From contig CBDCWG010000012.1 in assembly GCA_965223345.1 (NCBI GenBank), positions 2,368,001 to 2,432,000 on the forward strand: a stretch of 64,000 nt of DNA. The letters run 5' to 3'. The stretch is from Nitrospinales bacterium (lineage in GTDB: Bacteria > Nitrospinota > Nitrospinia > Nitrospinales > VA-1). The translations under genes were made by a program, and so were the position numbers. Each line of letters opens with the position of its first letter. Position 1 is the first letter of the stretch. This document shows, in pieces, positions 1 through 10,261 of the stretch. Below the pieces are notes generated by a model. The model made no database searches. It was not told the origin of the DNA and saw only the letters and a program-made list of their open reading frames with translations.

Positions 1-2
1 TG

Positions 3-584
3 TCCATTTTCGCCCTGGTGTTCGTGTGGTCGGCCATCGAACCGCACGACCGGTTCACCTGGTTCCTGGAGGTCGCGCCGGCGCTGATCGGCCTGGGGCT
101 TTTGTGGGCGACGTACCGGCGGTTTCCGCTGACGCGGCTGCTCTACGTGCTGGTGCTGATCCACGCCGTGGTTCTGATGGTGGGCGGTCACTACACCTAT
201 GCGAATGTGCCGCTGTTCGACTGGATCAAAGAGGCGTTCGATCTTGAGCGCAACCACTACGACCGGGTCGGTCATCTGGCGCAGGGGTTCTTTCCGGCCA
301 TCGTCGCGCGCGAGATCCTGCTGCGCACCTCGGTGCTGGAACCGGGGAGATGGCTGTTTTTCATCGTCGTGTGTATCTGTCTGGCGTTCAGCGCGTTCTA
401 TGAGCTGATCGAAATGTGGGTGGCGCTGGGCACCGGCGAAGCGGCGGAAGCGTTTCTCGGCACGCAGGGGGATGTGTGGGACACCCAGTGGGACATGATG
501 CTGGCCTGGCTGGGGGCGATGCTTTCCCTTTTGCTGTTGTCCAAAACGCACGACCGGGCGCTGCAAAAGTTGCAGGAGGCGTGA
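3..584 (+). CDS. DUF2238/YjdF-family inner membrane protein (probably 5'-partial)
   Basis: Hydrophobic helices; GGHYTYANVP, RNHYDRVGH and FLGTQGDVWDTQWDM motifs; frame is open to the window edge. Confidence 0.8.
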   Translation, partial: SIFALVFVWSAIEPHDRFTWFLEVAPALIGLGLLWATYRRFPLTRLLYVLVLIHAVVLMVGGHYTYANVPLFDWIKEAFDLERNHYDRVGHLAQGFFPAIVAREILLRTSVLEPGRWLFFIVVCICLAFSAFYELIEMWVALGTGEAAEAFLGTQGDVWDTQWDMMLAWLGAMLSLLLLSKTHDRALQKLQEA

Positions 585-641
585 TCCGGCTGTGCTATGC
601 TGAGCGCATCCGATCATCTTTATCAGGGAGACGGTTTCCCC

Positions 642-2264
642 ATGTCCAGCCGCATTGCATCGTCCATCGCGTTGTTCGTGTTCCTGTGCTTTACCGCATT
701 CGCAGCGGCGGACCCCGCGCCGCATTCCGCTTCCTCCAAACTGGGGAGCGTCGCCTTTCCCAATTCCGGCAAACCGGAAGCGCAGCCTCATTTCATCCGC
801 GGCGTGGCGGCGCTGCATTCGTTCTGGTACGACGAGGCGCTGCGCTCGTTCCGCAAAGCCACCGGGATCGATCCCGATTTCGCGCTCGGCTACTGGGGCG
901 AGGCGATGGCGCACAACCACCCGCTCTGGGAGGAGCAGGATGCCGAAGCCGTCCGTAGCGTCCTGAAAAAGATCGGCGACACTTCAAATCTGACGCCGCG
1001 GGAAAACGACTACCTGACAGCCGTGCGCCGGCTCTACGGTGCGGGCGACAAAGCGGCGCGCGATGCGGCCTACTGCAAGGCGATGCAGCGCGTGTATGAA
1101 AAGCATCCCGATGACCTGGAGGCCACATGCTTTTATTCGCTGTCGCTGTTGGGGCTGGCGCGGCACAGCGACGACAAGATCCGCCTGCGGGTGCGCGCGG
1201 GTGCCCTGGCGCTGGAGGTGTTCGAGAAAAACGCGGATCATCCATGCGCCGCGCATTACGCCATCCACGCTTTCGATCATCCGGACCTCGCCATCCTGGC
1301 GCTGCCATCGGCAAAGCGCTACGCGCAGATCGCACCGGCTTCGCATCACGCCCAGCACATGCCCGCGCATATTTTCGTGCAACTGGGCATGTGGCCGGAA
1401 GCGGCCGCCTCCAACGAGGGCGGCTGGAAAACCTCGGTGGCCTGGGTCGAACGCGATGGATTGCCGATAGGCAAGCGCGATTACCACAGCCTGCAATGGC
1501 TGCATTACGCCTATCTGCAGCAGGGACGGCTCGGAGAAGCCGACGCGCTGTTTCAGCGCAAGCTGGACGACATGCAGGCCGTGCACGCGGACCCGGAAAC
1601 CGCAAAGATCAAGGCCAACCGGCGCGCGGCGAAATACTACGAACGCATGGCCGCCGCCGCGGTGCTGGAAACCGAACGCTGGGAACTGGCCGAGGATCTG
1701 AAAAACCCGCCGGGCTGGAATCCGGGACCGTACGGGAAAGCCGGGCTCACCTTTGTGCTCGGCTATGCGGCGGCGATGCGCGGAGCGCCCGAAGCCAAAC
1801 AGTACCTGGCCGATCTACAGGCGCTGCGCGAATCGATTTCCTCGGGCAATTATTTCGACCGCGCCGAACGCGTCGCCATCTGGGCTCTCGCCCTCGAGGC
1901 CGTGCTGCTGGCCAAACAGAACGATTTCGACGGCGCGATCGCCAAAATGAGCGAAGCGCACGCCATCGAGAAGACGCTGCCGCCGCCGTCGGGGCCGCCG
2001 CGCATCCTCAAACCCACACACGAACTGCTCGGGGAGATCCATCTGTGGGCGGGCCAGCCCGAGAAAGCGGCGGAGCAGCTCCGCATTGCGCTGGCGCGCC
2101 AGCCGAACCGCGCGCGCTCGCTTCTGGGTGCGGCGCGGGCCGCCGCGAAACAAGGCGACCGGGAAGAAGCGGCCGAGTTTTACGCGTCGCTATTGACCGT
2201 GTGGTCGCAGGCCTCTCCCGGCCTGCAAGGCTTGCAAGAGGCGCGCGCGTTTCTTGAAAAATAA
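642..2264 (+). CDS. Exported tetratricopeptide-repeat protein
   Basis: Signal peptide from MSSRIASS; TPR-like helices; His-rich HYAIHAFDH and HHAQHMPAHIF motifs. Alternative start 597. Confidence 0.75.
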   Translation: MSSRIASSIALFVFLCFTAFAAADPAPHSASSKLGSVAFPNSGKPEAQPHFIRGVAALHSFWYDEALRSFRKATGIDPDFALGYWGEAMAHNHPLWEEQDAEAVRSVLKKIGDTSNLTPRENDYLTAVRRLYGAGDKAARDAAYCKAMQRVYEKHPDDLEATCFYSLSLLGLARHSDDKIRLRVRAGALALEVFEKNADHPCAAHYAIHAFDHPDLAILALPSAKRYAQIAPASHHAQHMPAHIFVQLGMWPEAAASNEGGWKTSVAWVERDGLPIGKRDYHSLQWLHYAYLQQGRLGEADALFQRKLDDMQAVHADPETAKIKANRRAAKYYERMAAAAVLETERWELAEDLKNPPGWNPGPYGKAGLTFVLGYAAAMRGAPEAKQYLADLQALRESISSGNYFDRAERVAIWALALEAVLLAKQNDFDGAIAKMSEAHAIEKTLPPPSGPPRILKPTHELLGEIHLWAGQPEKAAEQLRIALARQPNRARSLLGAARAAAKQGDREEAAEFYASLLTVWSQASPGLQGLQEARAFLEK

Positions 2265-2553
2265 ATTCCTACCTGTCCTCTCACTGTTCTGAAACCAGAC
2301 CGGACCGCCTGTGCCCTGCCGGATAGGAGTGCGCCAAAACGGGCTAATCGCGCCGGTGTTTTTGCAATTGCATCGTCTGTGATGGGCGATTCGGCGGGCC
2401 TGCCTTTGTGTTTCCGCAACCGGGGGATGGTTGTCGCAAATTAGGCCAAATTTAAAATATTTTTTAAACTCTGATGTGGGATCTTATGAAATAAGGCATT
2501 ATTTCTAAATCCTTTATAAAAACGTCAGTTGTGAAAAATGCACATTAAATAAA

Positions 2554-2581
2554 TTGACTGAATTAGCATATATTGTTTAAT
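2554..2581 (+). promoter_or_regulatory. Putative sigma70 promoter of the beta-barrel gene
   Basis: TTGACT-N16-TTTAAT in an AT-rich intergenic region. Confidence 0.35.
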
Positions 2582-2625
2582 AGGGATACCGGAGGCGGGG
2601 ATCATTCCTTTTTGAGGACAGAACC

Positions 2626-3318
2626 ATGCGACGCATTGGGTTTGTTTTGTTTCTCTGCGGGACATTGATCGGGATTTCCAGCGCTCAGGCCACCACCGTT
2701 TACACGAGCGATCCCAGCGTGTTGAATTCCTACAACCGGGATCGCACCGGTATCTACGTTTCCGCTCAAGGCGGGGCGACGTTCTTGCTGAATGCGGACC
2801 ACGACGGTGCGGGTGCGGCCGATTTCGAAACCGAGCACGATACGGGATGGAACGCCGGCGGCAGTCTGGGAGTGGACTTCGGCGAGTTCCGCACGGAATT
2901 CGAACTGAACTACCGGGAAAACGACGTGGACAAGCTCAAAGCGCCCGGCCTCACCGATTCCTCTCCGGGTGGATCCATCTCGGTCTTCAGCTTTCTTCTC
3001 AACGCATTTTACGATTTTGAAAACCGCACCGGGTTTACGCCTTACATCGGCGCGGGAGTTGGCGGGGCGGTGGTTTCGCTGGATAAAGTGACCGACTTCA
3101 CCGGGACGGTGGCCAACGTGAACGCCGAGCAAACCGTGTTCGCCTTCAAGGGCATCGTCGGCGGTTCCCTGGCCTTGACGCCGCGCATCGACCTGACGGT
3201 CGATTATTCCTTTTTCGGCACCTCCGATCCCGAATTTGAAAACAGTGCGACCGGAGGCAAGATCGATTCGGAGATCCGCAGCCACAACGTCAACGGCGGC
3301 CTGCGCTTCCGCTTTTAG
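2626..3318 (+). CDS. Outer-membrane beta-barrel protein (OmpA-like/opacity porin type)
   Basis: Signal peptide, FTPYIGAGVG strand, C-terminal GLRFRF with terminal Phe. Confidence 0.85.
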   Translation: MRRIGFVLFLCGTLIGISSAQATTVYTSDPSVLNSYNRDRTGIYVSAQGGATFLLNADHDGAGAADFETEHDTGWNAGGSLGVDFGEFRTEFELNYRENDVDKLKAPGLTDSSPGGSISVFSFLLNAFYDFENRTGFTPYIGAGVGGAVVSLDKVTDFTGTVANVNAEQTVFAFKGIVGGSLALTPRIDLTVDYSFFGTSDPEFENSATGGKIDSEIRSHNVNGGLRFRF

Positions 3319-3550
3319 ATCCCGTCGGCTGCGCCGATTGCGCTTTCCGCCTGCCGGATGGAATCCGTTCCGGCAACGCCGCCCCGGCTATTCCGTTCCT
3401 TTTCACACCGCATGCCACCTCTGTGTTTGAAATGCCCGTTCCTTGTGGTTAAATAGTTGAGTCCCGAATGATTCAATATGGTTTGACCGCCGCGCCGCAG
3501 TGCGTGCGCCAGGAGGAAGGGCTTTGGACAGAGATCGCAGTGCAAGATGG

Positions 3551-4426
3551 ATGGGAGTTGTGGCAGGCGTGCTGTTGCTGGGTTGGATCCTGGCGTCGGA
3601 CGCGATTGCGGATTCGGGGCCGAAGCTGCGGCCCAACGAGATCGGATCGTTTTCCGGTCCATTGCAGCGGGCGGCGAAAGCCGGGGACCGGGCCGCGGCG
3701 GAGAAGCTGCTGGCCGAAGGGACCGAGATCGATGCGCAGAACGAATGGGGCATCACGGCGCTGTATGCCGCGGTGTTCGACAACCAACCGGAGCTTGTGG
3801 ATTATTTGATCGGCCGGGGCGCGGATGTCAACCTCGCGGATCACGAAGGGCTGACGCCGCTGCATGTGGCCGGACTGGAGGATCACGATTCCCTGGCGCG
3901 CCTGCTGCTCGATGAGGGAGCGCAACTGGAGTACAAAGACAAGTACGGCTACTCGCCCCTGCATCTGGCGGTGGATCAGGGAAGCGACCGGGTGGCGCGC
4001 CTGCTGATTGCGGCGGGGGCCGAGATCAACGTCGCCTCGGAATGGAGCAACACGCCCCTGCATGCCGCGGTGGCACAAAAAAATCCGGCGATGGTGCGCC
4101 TGCTGCTTGATGAGGGAGCGCGCGTCGAAGCGCAGGACCGGCTGGGACGCACGGCGCTGCACTGGGTGGCGGAGACCGGCACCCTCGAGGTGGCGAAGAT
4201 TCTCATCGCATACGGAGCCGGACTGGATGCGTCCGATCGAGACGGAGAAACGCCGCTGCATGAAGCGTCCAAGTGGAACCACGTCGCCATCGTGCGCCTG
4301 CTGATCGCCAGCGGCGCCGATGTCAACGCCAGGGGTTCCGACGGCCGCAGCCCGGTGCTGCTGGCGATTGCGCACGGCAGCATGGATGTCGTGAAACTGC
4401 TGGAAGCCAACGGCGGCGCCTGGTGA
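3551..4426 (+). CDS. Ankyrin-repeat protein, probably exported
   Basis: Multiple GxTPLHxA...LL..GADVN repeats; hydrophobic N-terminus. Alternative start 3500. Confidence 0.9.
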   Translation: MGVVAGVLLLGWILASDAIADSGPKLRPNEIGSFSGPLQRAAKAGDRAAAEKLLAEGTEIDAQNEWGITALYAAVFDNQPELVDYLIGRGADVNLADHEGLTPLHVAGLEDHDSLARLLLDEGAQLEYKDKYGYSPLHLAVDQGSDRVARLLIAAGAEINVASEWSNTPLHAAVAQKNPAMVRLLLDEGARVEAQDRLGRTALHWVAETGTLEVAKILIAYGAGLDASDRDGETPLHEASKWNHVAIVRLLIASGADVNARGSDGRSPVLLAIAHGSMDVVKLLEANGGAW

Positions 4427-4938
4427 CCGGGAAACCGCCGTTTTGATTTCGCCGATCCGATATTTTCACCTGTTTGCCGATTTCCCGCTGAATCGATTCC
4501 TTACATTTGCCTTCCAGTCTCGATCTTCGAGCCGTTTGCCGATCCGGCCCGGCTTTTCCGTGAAGCTCCCGAATCAATACCAAGTGATTGAATTGTTGGA
4601 AAATGGGGGGCTCCCTCCTTTACGTTTTGCCCCCTGAGAAGCGGGAAGGTACGATCTTGACCGTATTCTGTAATTGTGACGGCTTTGTGACCCGTTGCGG
4701 ATGCGAACGTTGAATGGCAACGGTATTCTCTCAAGATCGCATTGTGCCGGTTTTCTCTGCCGAACCGGCGGTCCGAAATCCTCTGAAATTTTACCCCATA
4801 AAGTTTCAATCCTGGTTGAAAACCTGATAACTTTGGTATTAAGCCAAACGGGTTTCCCATTGAGACCGCTTCCCATAACTGGGAAGCGTGTGGCCGCATC
4901 GTGTCGGAAAATGGGGGACCGTCACGTATTTCCGGAAA

Positions 4939-6081
4939 ATGAGTTTGACGCCGATCAAAGTCGTACACATCATCACCACACTGGGCTCCGGTGGCGCGCA
5001 ACGCATGTTGTGCCGGCTGGTGAAGCAAAGCCAGTCGTCGCGCATCCAGCACAGTGTGATCACGCTGCTGGAAGGCGGTGTGAACATCGCGCCGATGCGC
5101 AATGCGAACATCGATGTGGTCGAACTGGACCTGCGCTTCGGCAATCTGATCGGGACGACCCTGCAACTGACGCGCGCCGTGCGCAACCAGAAACCCAACC
5201 TGGTGCACGGCTGGATGTACCACGGCAACCTGGCGGCGACGCTCGGGGGCCGGCTCTACAAAGCCCGCTGTCCGCTGGTCTGGAACGTGCGTCACTCCGC
5301 CTGCAACCTGCAGGACGAAAAACCCTCCACCCGCAAGATCATCCGGCTCGGCAAGCAGTTGTCCGGTTTTTCCGATGTGATCGTCTACTGCTCGAAAGAA
5401 AGTGCGGAGGATCACGCGCGCCTGGGTTACCCGCAGAGCAAGGCGGTGGTCATTCCCAATGGATTCGAGGTGGACGTCTTCAAACCCAATGCCAACGGGC
5501 GCGGTTCGCTGGCGGCGCGGCTCGGCGTCGATGCGGACACGCCCATCCTCTGCATGGCCGCGCGTTACGCCCCCATGAAAGACCATCGCGGCATGGTCGA
5601 GGCGATGGTGCGGCTCAAGCAGCGCGGGCAGAAAGCGCACCTGATCATGCTGGGCAGGGGCGTGGACAATGGCAATGAAGAGCTCAACGCGCTGCTGGAA
5701 CGATCCGGCGTCGCCGATTGCGTCAGTCTGTTGGGCGAGCAGACGGACATGACGCCGATTTATGCGGCGACCGACATCGTGGTGGTGCCTTCCGCCTGGG
5801 GCGAAGCGTTCCCCAATGTGCTGGGGGAAGGAATGGCTTCGGGCATTCCCTGTGTGTCCACCGATGTGGGCGACAGCCGCTGGATCGTCGGCGATGCGGG
5901 GGTGGTCGTGCCGCCGCGGGACCCGGACGCGCTGGCGGACGCCATCGGCGATCTCATCGCAATGGGGAAGCAATGCCGCCGCGAGCTGGGCGCAAGAGGA
6001 CGGCAGCGCATATTGCAGAACTTCACCATCGAGCGCATCGCCAACCAGTACGAAGACCTGTACCGCAAGCTCGTGTCTTGA
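4939..6081 (+). CDS. Glycosyltransferase family 4 (GT-B)
   Basis: HIITTLGSGGAQRML, IPNG, EAFPNVLGEGMASGIPCVSTDVG motifs. Confidence 0.9.
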   Translation: MSLTPIKVVHIITTLGSGGAQRMLCRLVKQSQSSRIQHSVITLLEGGVNIAPMRNANIDVVELDLRFGNLIGTTLQLTRAVRNQKPNLVHGWMYHGNLAATLGGRLYKARCPLVWNVRHSACNLQDEKPSTRKIIRLGKQLSGFSDVIVYCSKESAEDHARLGYPQSKAVVIPNGFEVDVFKPNANGRGSLAARLGVDADTPILCMAARYAPMKDHRGMVEAMVRLKQRGQKAHLIMLGRGVDNGNEELNALLERSGVADCVSLLGEQTDMTPIYAATDIVVVPSAWGEAFPNVLGEGMASGIPCVSTDVGDSRWIVGDAGVVVPPRDPDALADAIGDLIAMGKQCRRELGARGRQRILQNFTIERIANQYEDLYRKLVS

Positions 6082-6263
6082 GTTCTGCGCTTCCCTCCTG
6101 AAAAGAGCTGATTTTTCCTTTCCCGTCCACGGACACAATGGAATAATGCAAACGATGCGGGTGGAGGGGGCTCTGCTTTTCCTGGAGTGGGTTCCGCCAA
6201 CGCCGCAAGCTGGGTCGGAAGTCCCGGTGTGCCTTTCCTGAAAACCTTCCTGGCGGTCTTTGA

Positions 6264-6929
6264 ATGAATTCACCTCCTGCTATTGGGCCGAAGTATCTTC
6301 ATATTGCATCTCTGATCGATTGCGGAAGCCATGTTCTGGATGTCGGCTGCGGCGGCGGGCAATTGGGTTCGGCCATCAAGGGAAAAGGCTGTCTCGTGGA
6401 TGGAATGGATCTCAAGCTGGATCGGCTGGGCTCACGCAGCGAGTGCTACCGGAATCTGTACAAAGTGGATGTGGAGCGGCTGGATTTCAAGGATCATCGT
6501 GAAGCGTACGATGTGGTTGTCTTTTCCGATGTGTTGGAGCATTTGCAGCATCCCGGGTCGATACTCGAAAATGCAAAGCTGATTTTGCGGAAAACGGGAA
6601 AAGTGATCGTGTTTTTGCCCAATGTCGCTTATTTCAGCAACCGGCTGAACCTGCTTTCCGGGAATTGGGACTACCAGGACGAAGGCATCCTCGACCGAAC
6701 GCACCTGCGGTTTTACACGCTGTCCACGGCAGCGAATCTGATCGAGACAGCGGGTTACGGCATCGAACGGCGTATCGACGAAATACCGGTCATCGATTCC
6801 ACCTTTAAGCGAAGTTTGTTTGCCTTTCTCGCGCGGCGCTGGCCGTCCGTCTTTTCAATTGGCTGGGTATTCCATGCCGTGCAACGGTCAACCCTCACCC
6901 CCTCAAACCCCGGGGCCGTATTATCATGA
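6264..6929 (+). CDS. Class I SAM-dependent methyltransferase
   Basis: VLDVGCGGG, DVLEHL and GILDRTHLRFYT motifs, typical of glycan-associated methyltransferases. Confidence 0.85.
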   Translation: MNSPPAIGPKYLHIASLIDCGSHVLDVGCGGGQLGSAIKGKGCLVDGMDLKLDRLGSRSECYRNLYKVDVERLDFKDHREAYDVVVFSDVLEHLQHPGSILENAKLILRKTGKVIVFLPNVAYFSNRLNLLSGNWDYQDEGILDRTHLRFYTLSTAANLIETAGYGIERRIDEIPVIDSTFKRSLFAFLARRWPSVFSIGWVFHAVQRSTLTPSNPGAVLS

Positions 6930-6967
6930 AGCGCCCGGCGTGAAGCAACGCGTTCTGCGCGATCCTG

Positions 6968-7603
6968 TCACATCATCGGGCCGGGCATGTAGATGGTGCC
7001 GCCGGGGGAATCGTGCGTGTGAATTTCACCGCCGAAGCCCAGCATTTCCGAAGCGCGCCTGGCTTCTTCCGGGGTCTTGTACATGTGGTCCATGATGTCC
7101 CTGCTGAGGGTGGGCGACTCTTTTTTCTGGGCGCCGCCGGAGCCTTCTTCCTGGTGATGGCTGCTGCCGGAACCTTCCTCCTGATGCCCCGCAGAACCTT
7201 CACGGTAGCTCGGCCGCATGCCCTGCTGGATCATGGCGAGGGCTTCGTTCATCTGGGTGAAGAAACGGGTTTTTTCCGTGTAGCCTTCCACCCTGCCGGC
7301 TTCGCGCTGGTTCTCGGCGTCCCAGATGATGAAGGTGGGCGTGCCGATGATTTCCCCCACCTGGTTTTTCTGCAGCGCATCGTCGAGCCACTGCGGGAAG
7401 TTCGCGCCCTGCAGGGTCAGCACTTTTTTCAGCGGAATGGCTTTGCCCACATCGCTGGAAGGGTACTCCGGCAGCACTTCTTCCTGCCAGCGTTTGGAGT
7501 TTTTCGAATTTTCACCGCTCAGCACCATGAGGTCGTAGGCCATCACCTGGGCGGGGAGAGCGAGAAGCAGGCCGGTTAGAAACGCAAGAACTGTCTTTTT
7601 CAT
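6968..7603 (-). CDS. Exported SoxS/thioredoxin-like fold protein lacking cysteines, with His/Met-rich tail
   Basis: Signal peptide; GTPTFII and GRVEGY motifs; SKNS where CxxC is expected; HQEEGSG repeats. Confidence 0.6.
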   Translation of the reverse strand: MKKTVLAFLTGLLLALPAQVMAYDLMVLSGENSKNSKRWQEEVLPEYPSSDVGKAIPLKKVLTLQGANFPQWLDDALQKNQVGEIIGTPTFIIWDAENQREAGRVEGYTEKTRFFTQMNEALAMIQQGMRPSYREGSAGHQEEGSGSSHHQEEGSGGAQKKESPTLSRDIMDHMYKTPEEARRASEMLGFGGEIHTHDSPGGTIYMPGPMM

Positions 7604-7751
7604 ATCGAATTCCTTTCGGAACGGGTTCGCGGGGTCGAGCTGAAACGGGATACCTCTATCTTACCGCAGGGGCCGGTGCGCAACGCAAGAAAATACGCGA
7701 CTGGGAATCCAGCGGGCGCAAGCCGGAAGAAGAGTGCTAACCCTTTGCTTA

Positions 7752-9341
7752 TCAATGTGGAGCCGGATCCGCACCGTCGTAGGCGGAGATGAAATTGAAC
7801 AGGCCGTAGGAGGCGTGCGGATCGAAGTCGTCGCACAATGTGTGGCGGAAATCTTCGTACACGCATTTTTCGATCCTGTTTTTGCGGTGCGCCAGCTGCT
7901 CGCTATCGGGATCGGAGATCACGTTCCACAGGCTGTCGCAGATGGATTTGAGGTCGCCGTTGTGGTTTTTCCAGCGGCAGTACCCGCCCTGGATGACTTC
8001 GTAGGTGAAATCGTGCGGGCCGTACCCGAATCCTGCGTTGCCCGCATAGCCCACCCGGTACCAGCCGTTGGACCCGTCCCAGTAGTTGTTGAACAGGGGC
8101 AGCTTCAGCGTGCCGGAAAAAATCCGGTAAGCCAACTGGTTGGCCATCTTCTGCATGTCCTTGTCATCCGGGAACGATGAGCGCGTGATCGCCCGGTTGT
8201 TGTGCAGGGTGTTCAGGACGTAGACGATGCGGGACATGTGCGCCAGATCCCAGGAAAGATCCTCGACCGGCGCTGCGTCCTTTTCTTCGGGGAATTTTTT
8301 GCCGGTGTAGCCGGCGTACTGGTTGTCCTCGTGATCCGTCCAGGCACCCGGGTCGAAATTGTAGCCTTTGACGGGGCGGCCCTCAAAATCGGTCAGTTCG
8401 GTTTCGACGAAGCGCGAGCGGATCAATCGCATGCCGGTTTGCAGGTATTCTTCGAACTGCGATTTGAGTGCAGGCTCGATGCGCACCCGCTCGGGTGCGA
8501 GCGCGTGCGCGGCCAGCATCTCGACCAAACCTGTAACGACCCACATGTCGTCGTCGCCCAGTTGATTGCAGTAGGACGGTTCGGCGTTGAACGCGCGGTC
8601 CAGCTTTTTCTGGATGAACTCCCGGTGCGTGAACAGGCCGCTTCCGCAGCCCCATCCGCGCACCTGAAACTGCGGCGTGTCGTCCACGATCCAGCGCTTG
8701 TAGGTGTGCTGCACAACGATGTCAGCATAGCGGTCGATCACCGCTTCCATGTTTTCGGTTCGCCACTGCGGTTCCAGGGTGAGAAACCGGTGGATGGAGC
8801 GGGCGATCAGGTAGAGGAACTGCGAGTTCTCCAGAAAATCCTCCACCTGGATGACGGTTTCGGGATTGGAAACCTCGCGGTCCTTGACCCACATGAGCCT
8901 GGGCTCGGAAAAGGGGAATTGCCGGAAGCCGTCGTAGCGGTAAAACCAGCGCGCGGTGAAGGCCCAGTAGTGGTTTCTGATCTTGAGGTGGTTCAAGGGC
9001 ACGAGCAGCATTTTTGCCAGCCGGTCCAGGTGCGGCCTGCTTTTCACCTGCACCGTGTAATCGAGAAACAGCGTGACGTTCTGCTGCAGATTGTAGAGAA
9101 TCGACGTGTCGTTGCGGTAGTTCTCGGCGTCGCGGAGGTCGGTGAGGTTGTCCTCCTCCACATAATCGAACAGGGGATCGAGCATTTTAAAACGCTTGGC
9201 CTGCTGCGGGGTCATGCTTGCGATCTCAGGCGACACCGCGTCTTCGCCGGCGGCGCGTTTGCCCCAGACGGGATACGCACAGCCCCACAACAGCAATGCG
9301 GAAAACAGCACCATGCGTTTGAAGCCGGTGAACCGATTCAA
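7752..9341 (-). CDS. Hypothetical exported protein or lipoprotein
   Basis: 529-aa ORF, GGAGG upstream, LLLWGC possible lipobox; no recognised motif. Confidence 0.7.
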   Translation of the reverse strand: MNRFTGFKRMVLFSALLLWGCAYPVWGKRAAGEDAVSPEIASMTPQQAKRFKMLDPLFDYVEEDNLTDLRDAENYRNDTSILYNLQQNVTLFLDYTVQVKSRPHLDRLAKMLLVPLNHLKIRNHYWAFTARWFYRYDGFRQFPFSEPRLMWVKDREVSNPETVIQVEDFLENSQFLYLIARSIHRFLTLEPQWRTENMEAVIDRYADIVVQHTYKRWIVDDTPQFQVRGWGCGSGLFTHREFIQKKLDRAFNAEPSYCNQLGDDDMWVVTGLVEMLAAHALAPERVRIEPALKSQFEEYLQTGMRLIRSRFVETELTDFEGRPVKGYNFDPGAWTDHEDNQYAGYTGKKFPEEKDAAPVEDLSWDLAHMSRIVYVLNTLHNNRAITRSSFPDDKDMQKMANQLAYRIFSGTLKLPLFNNYWDGSNGWYRVGYAGNAGFGYGPHDFTYEVIQGGYCRWKNHNGDLKSICDSLWNVISDPDSEQLAHRKNRIEKCVYEDFRHTLCDDFDPHASYGLFNFISAYDGADPAPH

Positions 9342-9849
9342 CCCCGCCTCCTGGGAACGTTCGTACTGGGGCTGTCATTTTGCTCAAAATGCGCGTCCGT
9401 GTCTGTCAAAATCGGGGTGAATTGGACGGATATGCGTTTGCAGGCAAGAACCATCACTGAAGTCCTTTGTTTGTATGCGTTTTCTGTGTCGCTGCCGTTC
9501 GATGCCTTGGAATCCTGTATTTTTCACGCACACAGCGTGAAGCGGTGATCGTCAAAATATTGGCGATTTGTGCGGGGCTGTGGAAAACCCGGTAACCCGT
9601 TTTGGAATAGGCGCTCGAATCGGTTGCGGGGGCAGGGGAGGAGGCCGTTTTGTGCGCCCGTGTGCGGCGAAAACCCGCTGGCCGGAAGCGGCGGAAGAAG
9701 CGGCGGCTTGGTGCCGGATATGCAAAAAAAAATTTAAAATCGGTCATTTAACTCTTAATTTCCCCTTTAAAATTGCCGAAGATAAGATGATGGTGAGAGT
9801 AGGCACAATGGAACACAAAGTCCGTTAACGACATTTCAGGGAGAAAAGG

Positions 9850-10029
9850 ATGTCCACACACAAGGAAATTGTTTCAGCGTTTGAAACGTATATGGAAGAA
9901 AGTGAAAATTTCGAAACCAACAACGTGAAAGCAGCGGCCGCAAGAGCCCGCAAGGCTCTGGCGGAAATCGGCAAGCTGGCGAAAGCCCGCAGGGCTGAAA
10001 TTCAGGAGAAGAAAAACAGCCTGGGTTGA
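9850..10029 (+). CDS. Small histone H1-like (Hc1-type) basic protein, 59 aa, absent from the ORF track
   Basis: Manual translation MSTHKEIVSAFETYMEESENFETNNVKAAAARARKALAEIGKLAKARRAEIQEKKNSLG; purine-rich RBS upstream. Confidence 0.75.
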   Translation: MSTHKEIVSAFETYMEESENFETNNVKAAAARARKALAEIGKLAKARRAEIQEKKNSLG

Positions 10030-10261
10030 GCGGCAAACCCGATGTGTTCGCACAGGCAGCGTGCGAATCCACTAGAGCGGCCGGCGGCCCGGCACCGGGT
10101 GCCGGGCGCCCCATAACCGGCGGTTTTCCACTCTCGACTCTCCATCGGCCAGGGATGGCCCATGGACGTGTCCCCGCTTCATCCAGATTCCGGATCCCAT
10201 TCAGCCATGCACCGCACGGCCCCTGAATCCAGAACCGGGCGTGGCAGCGTGCAGGCCGGGA

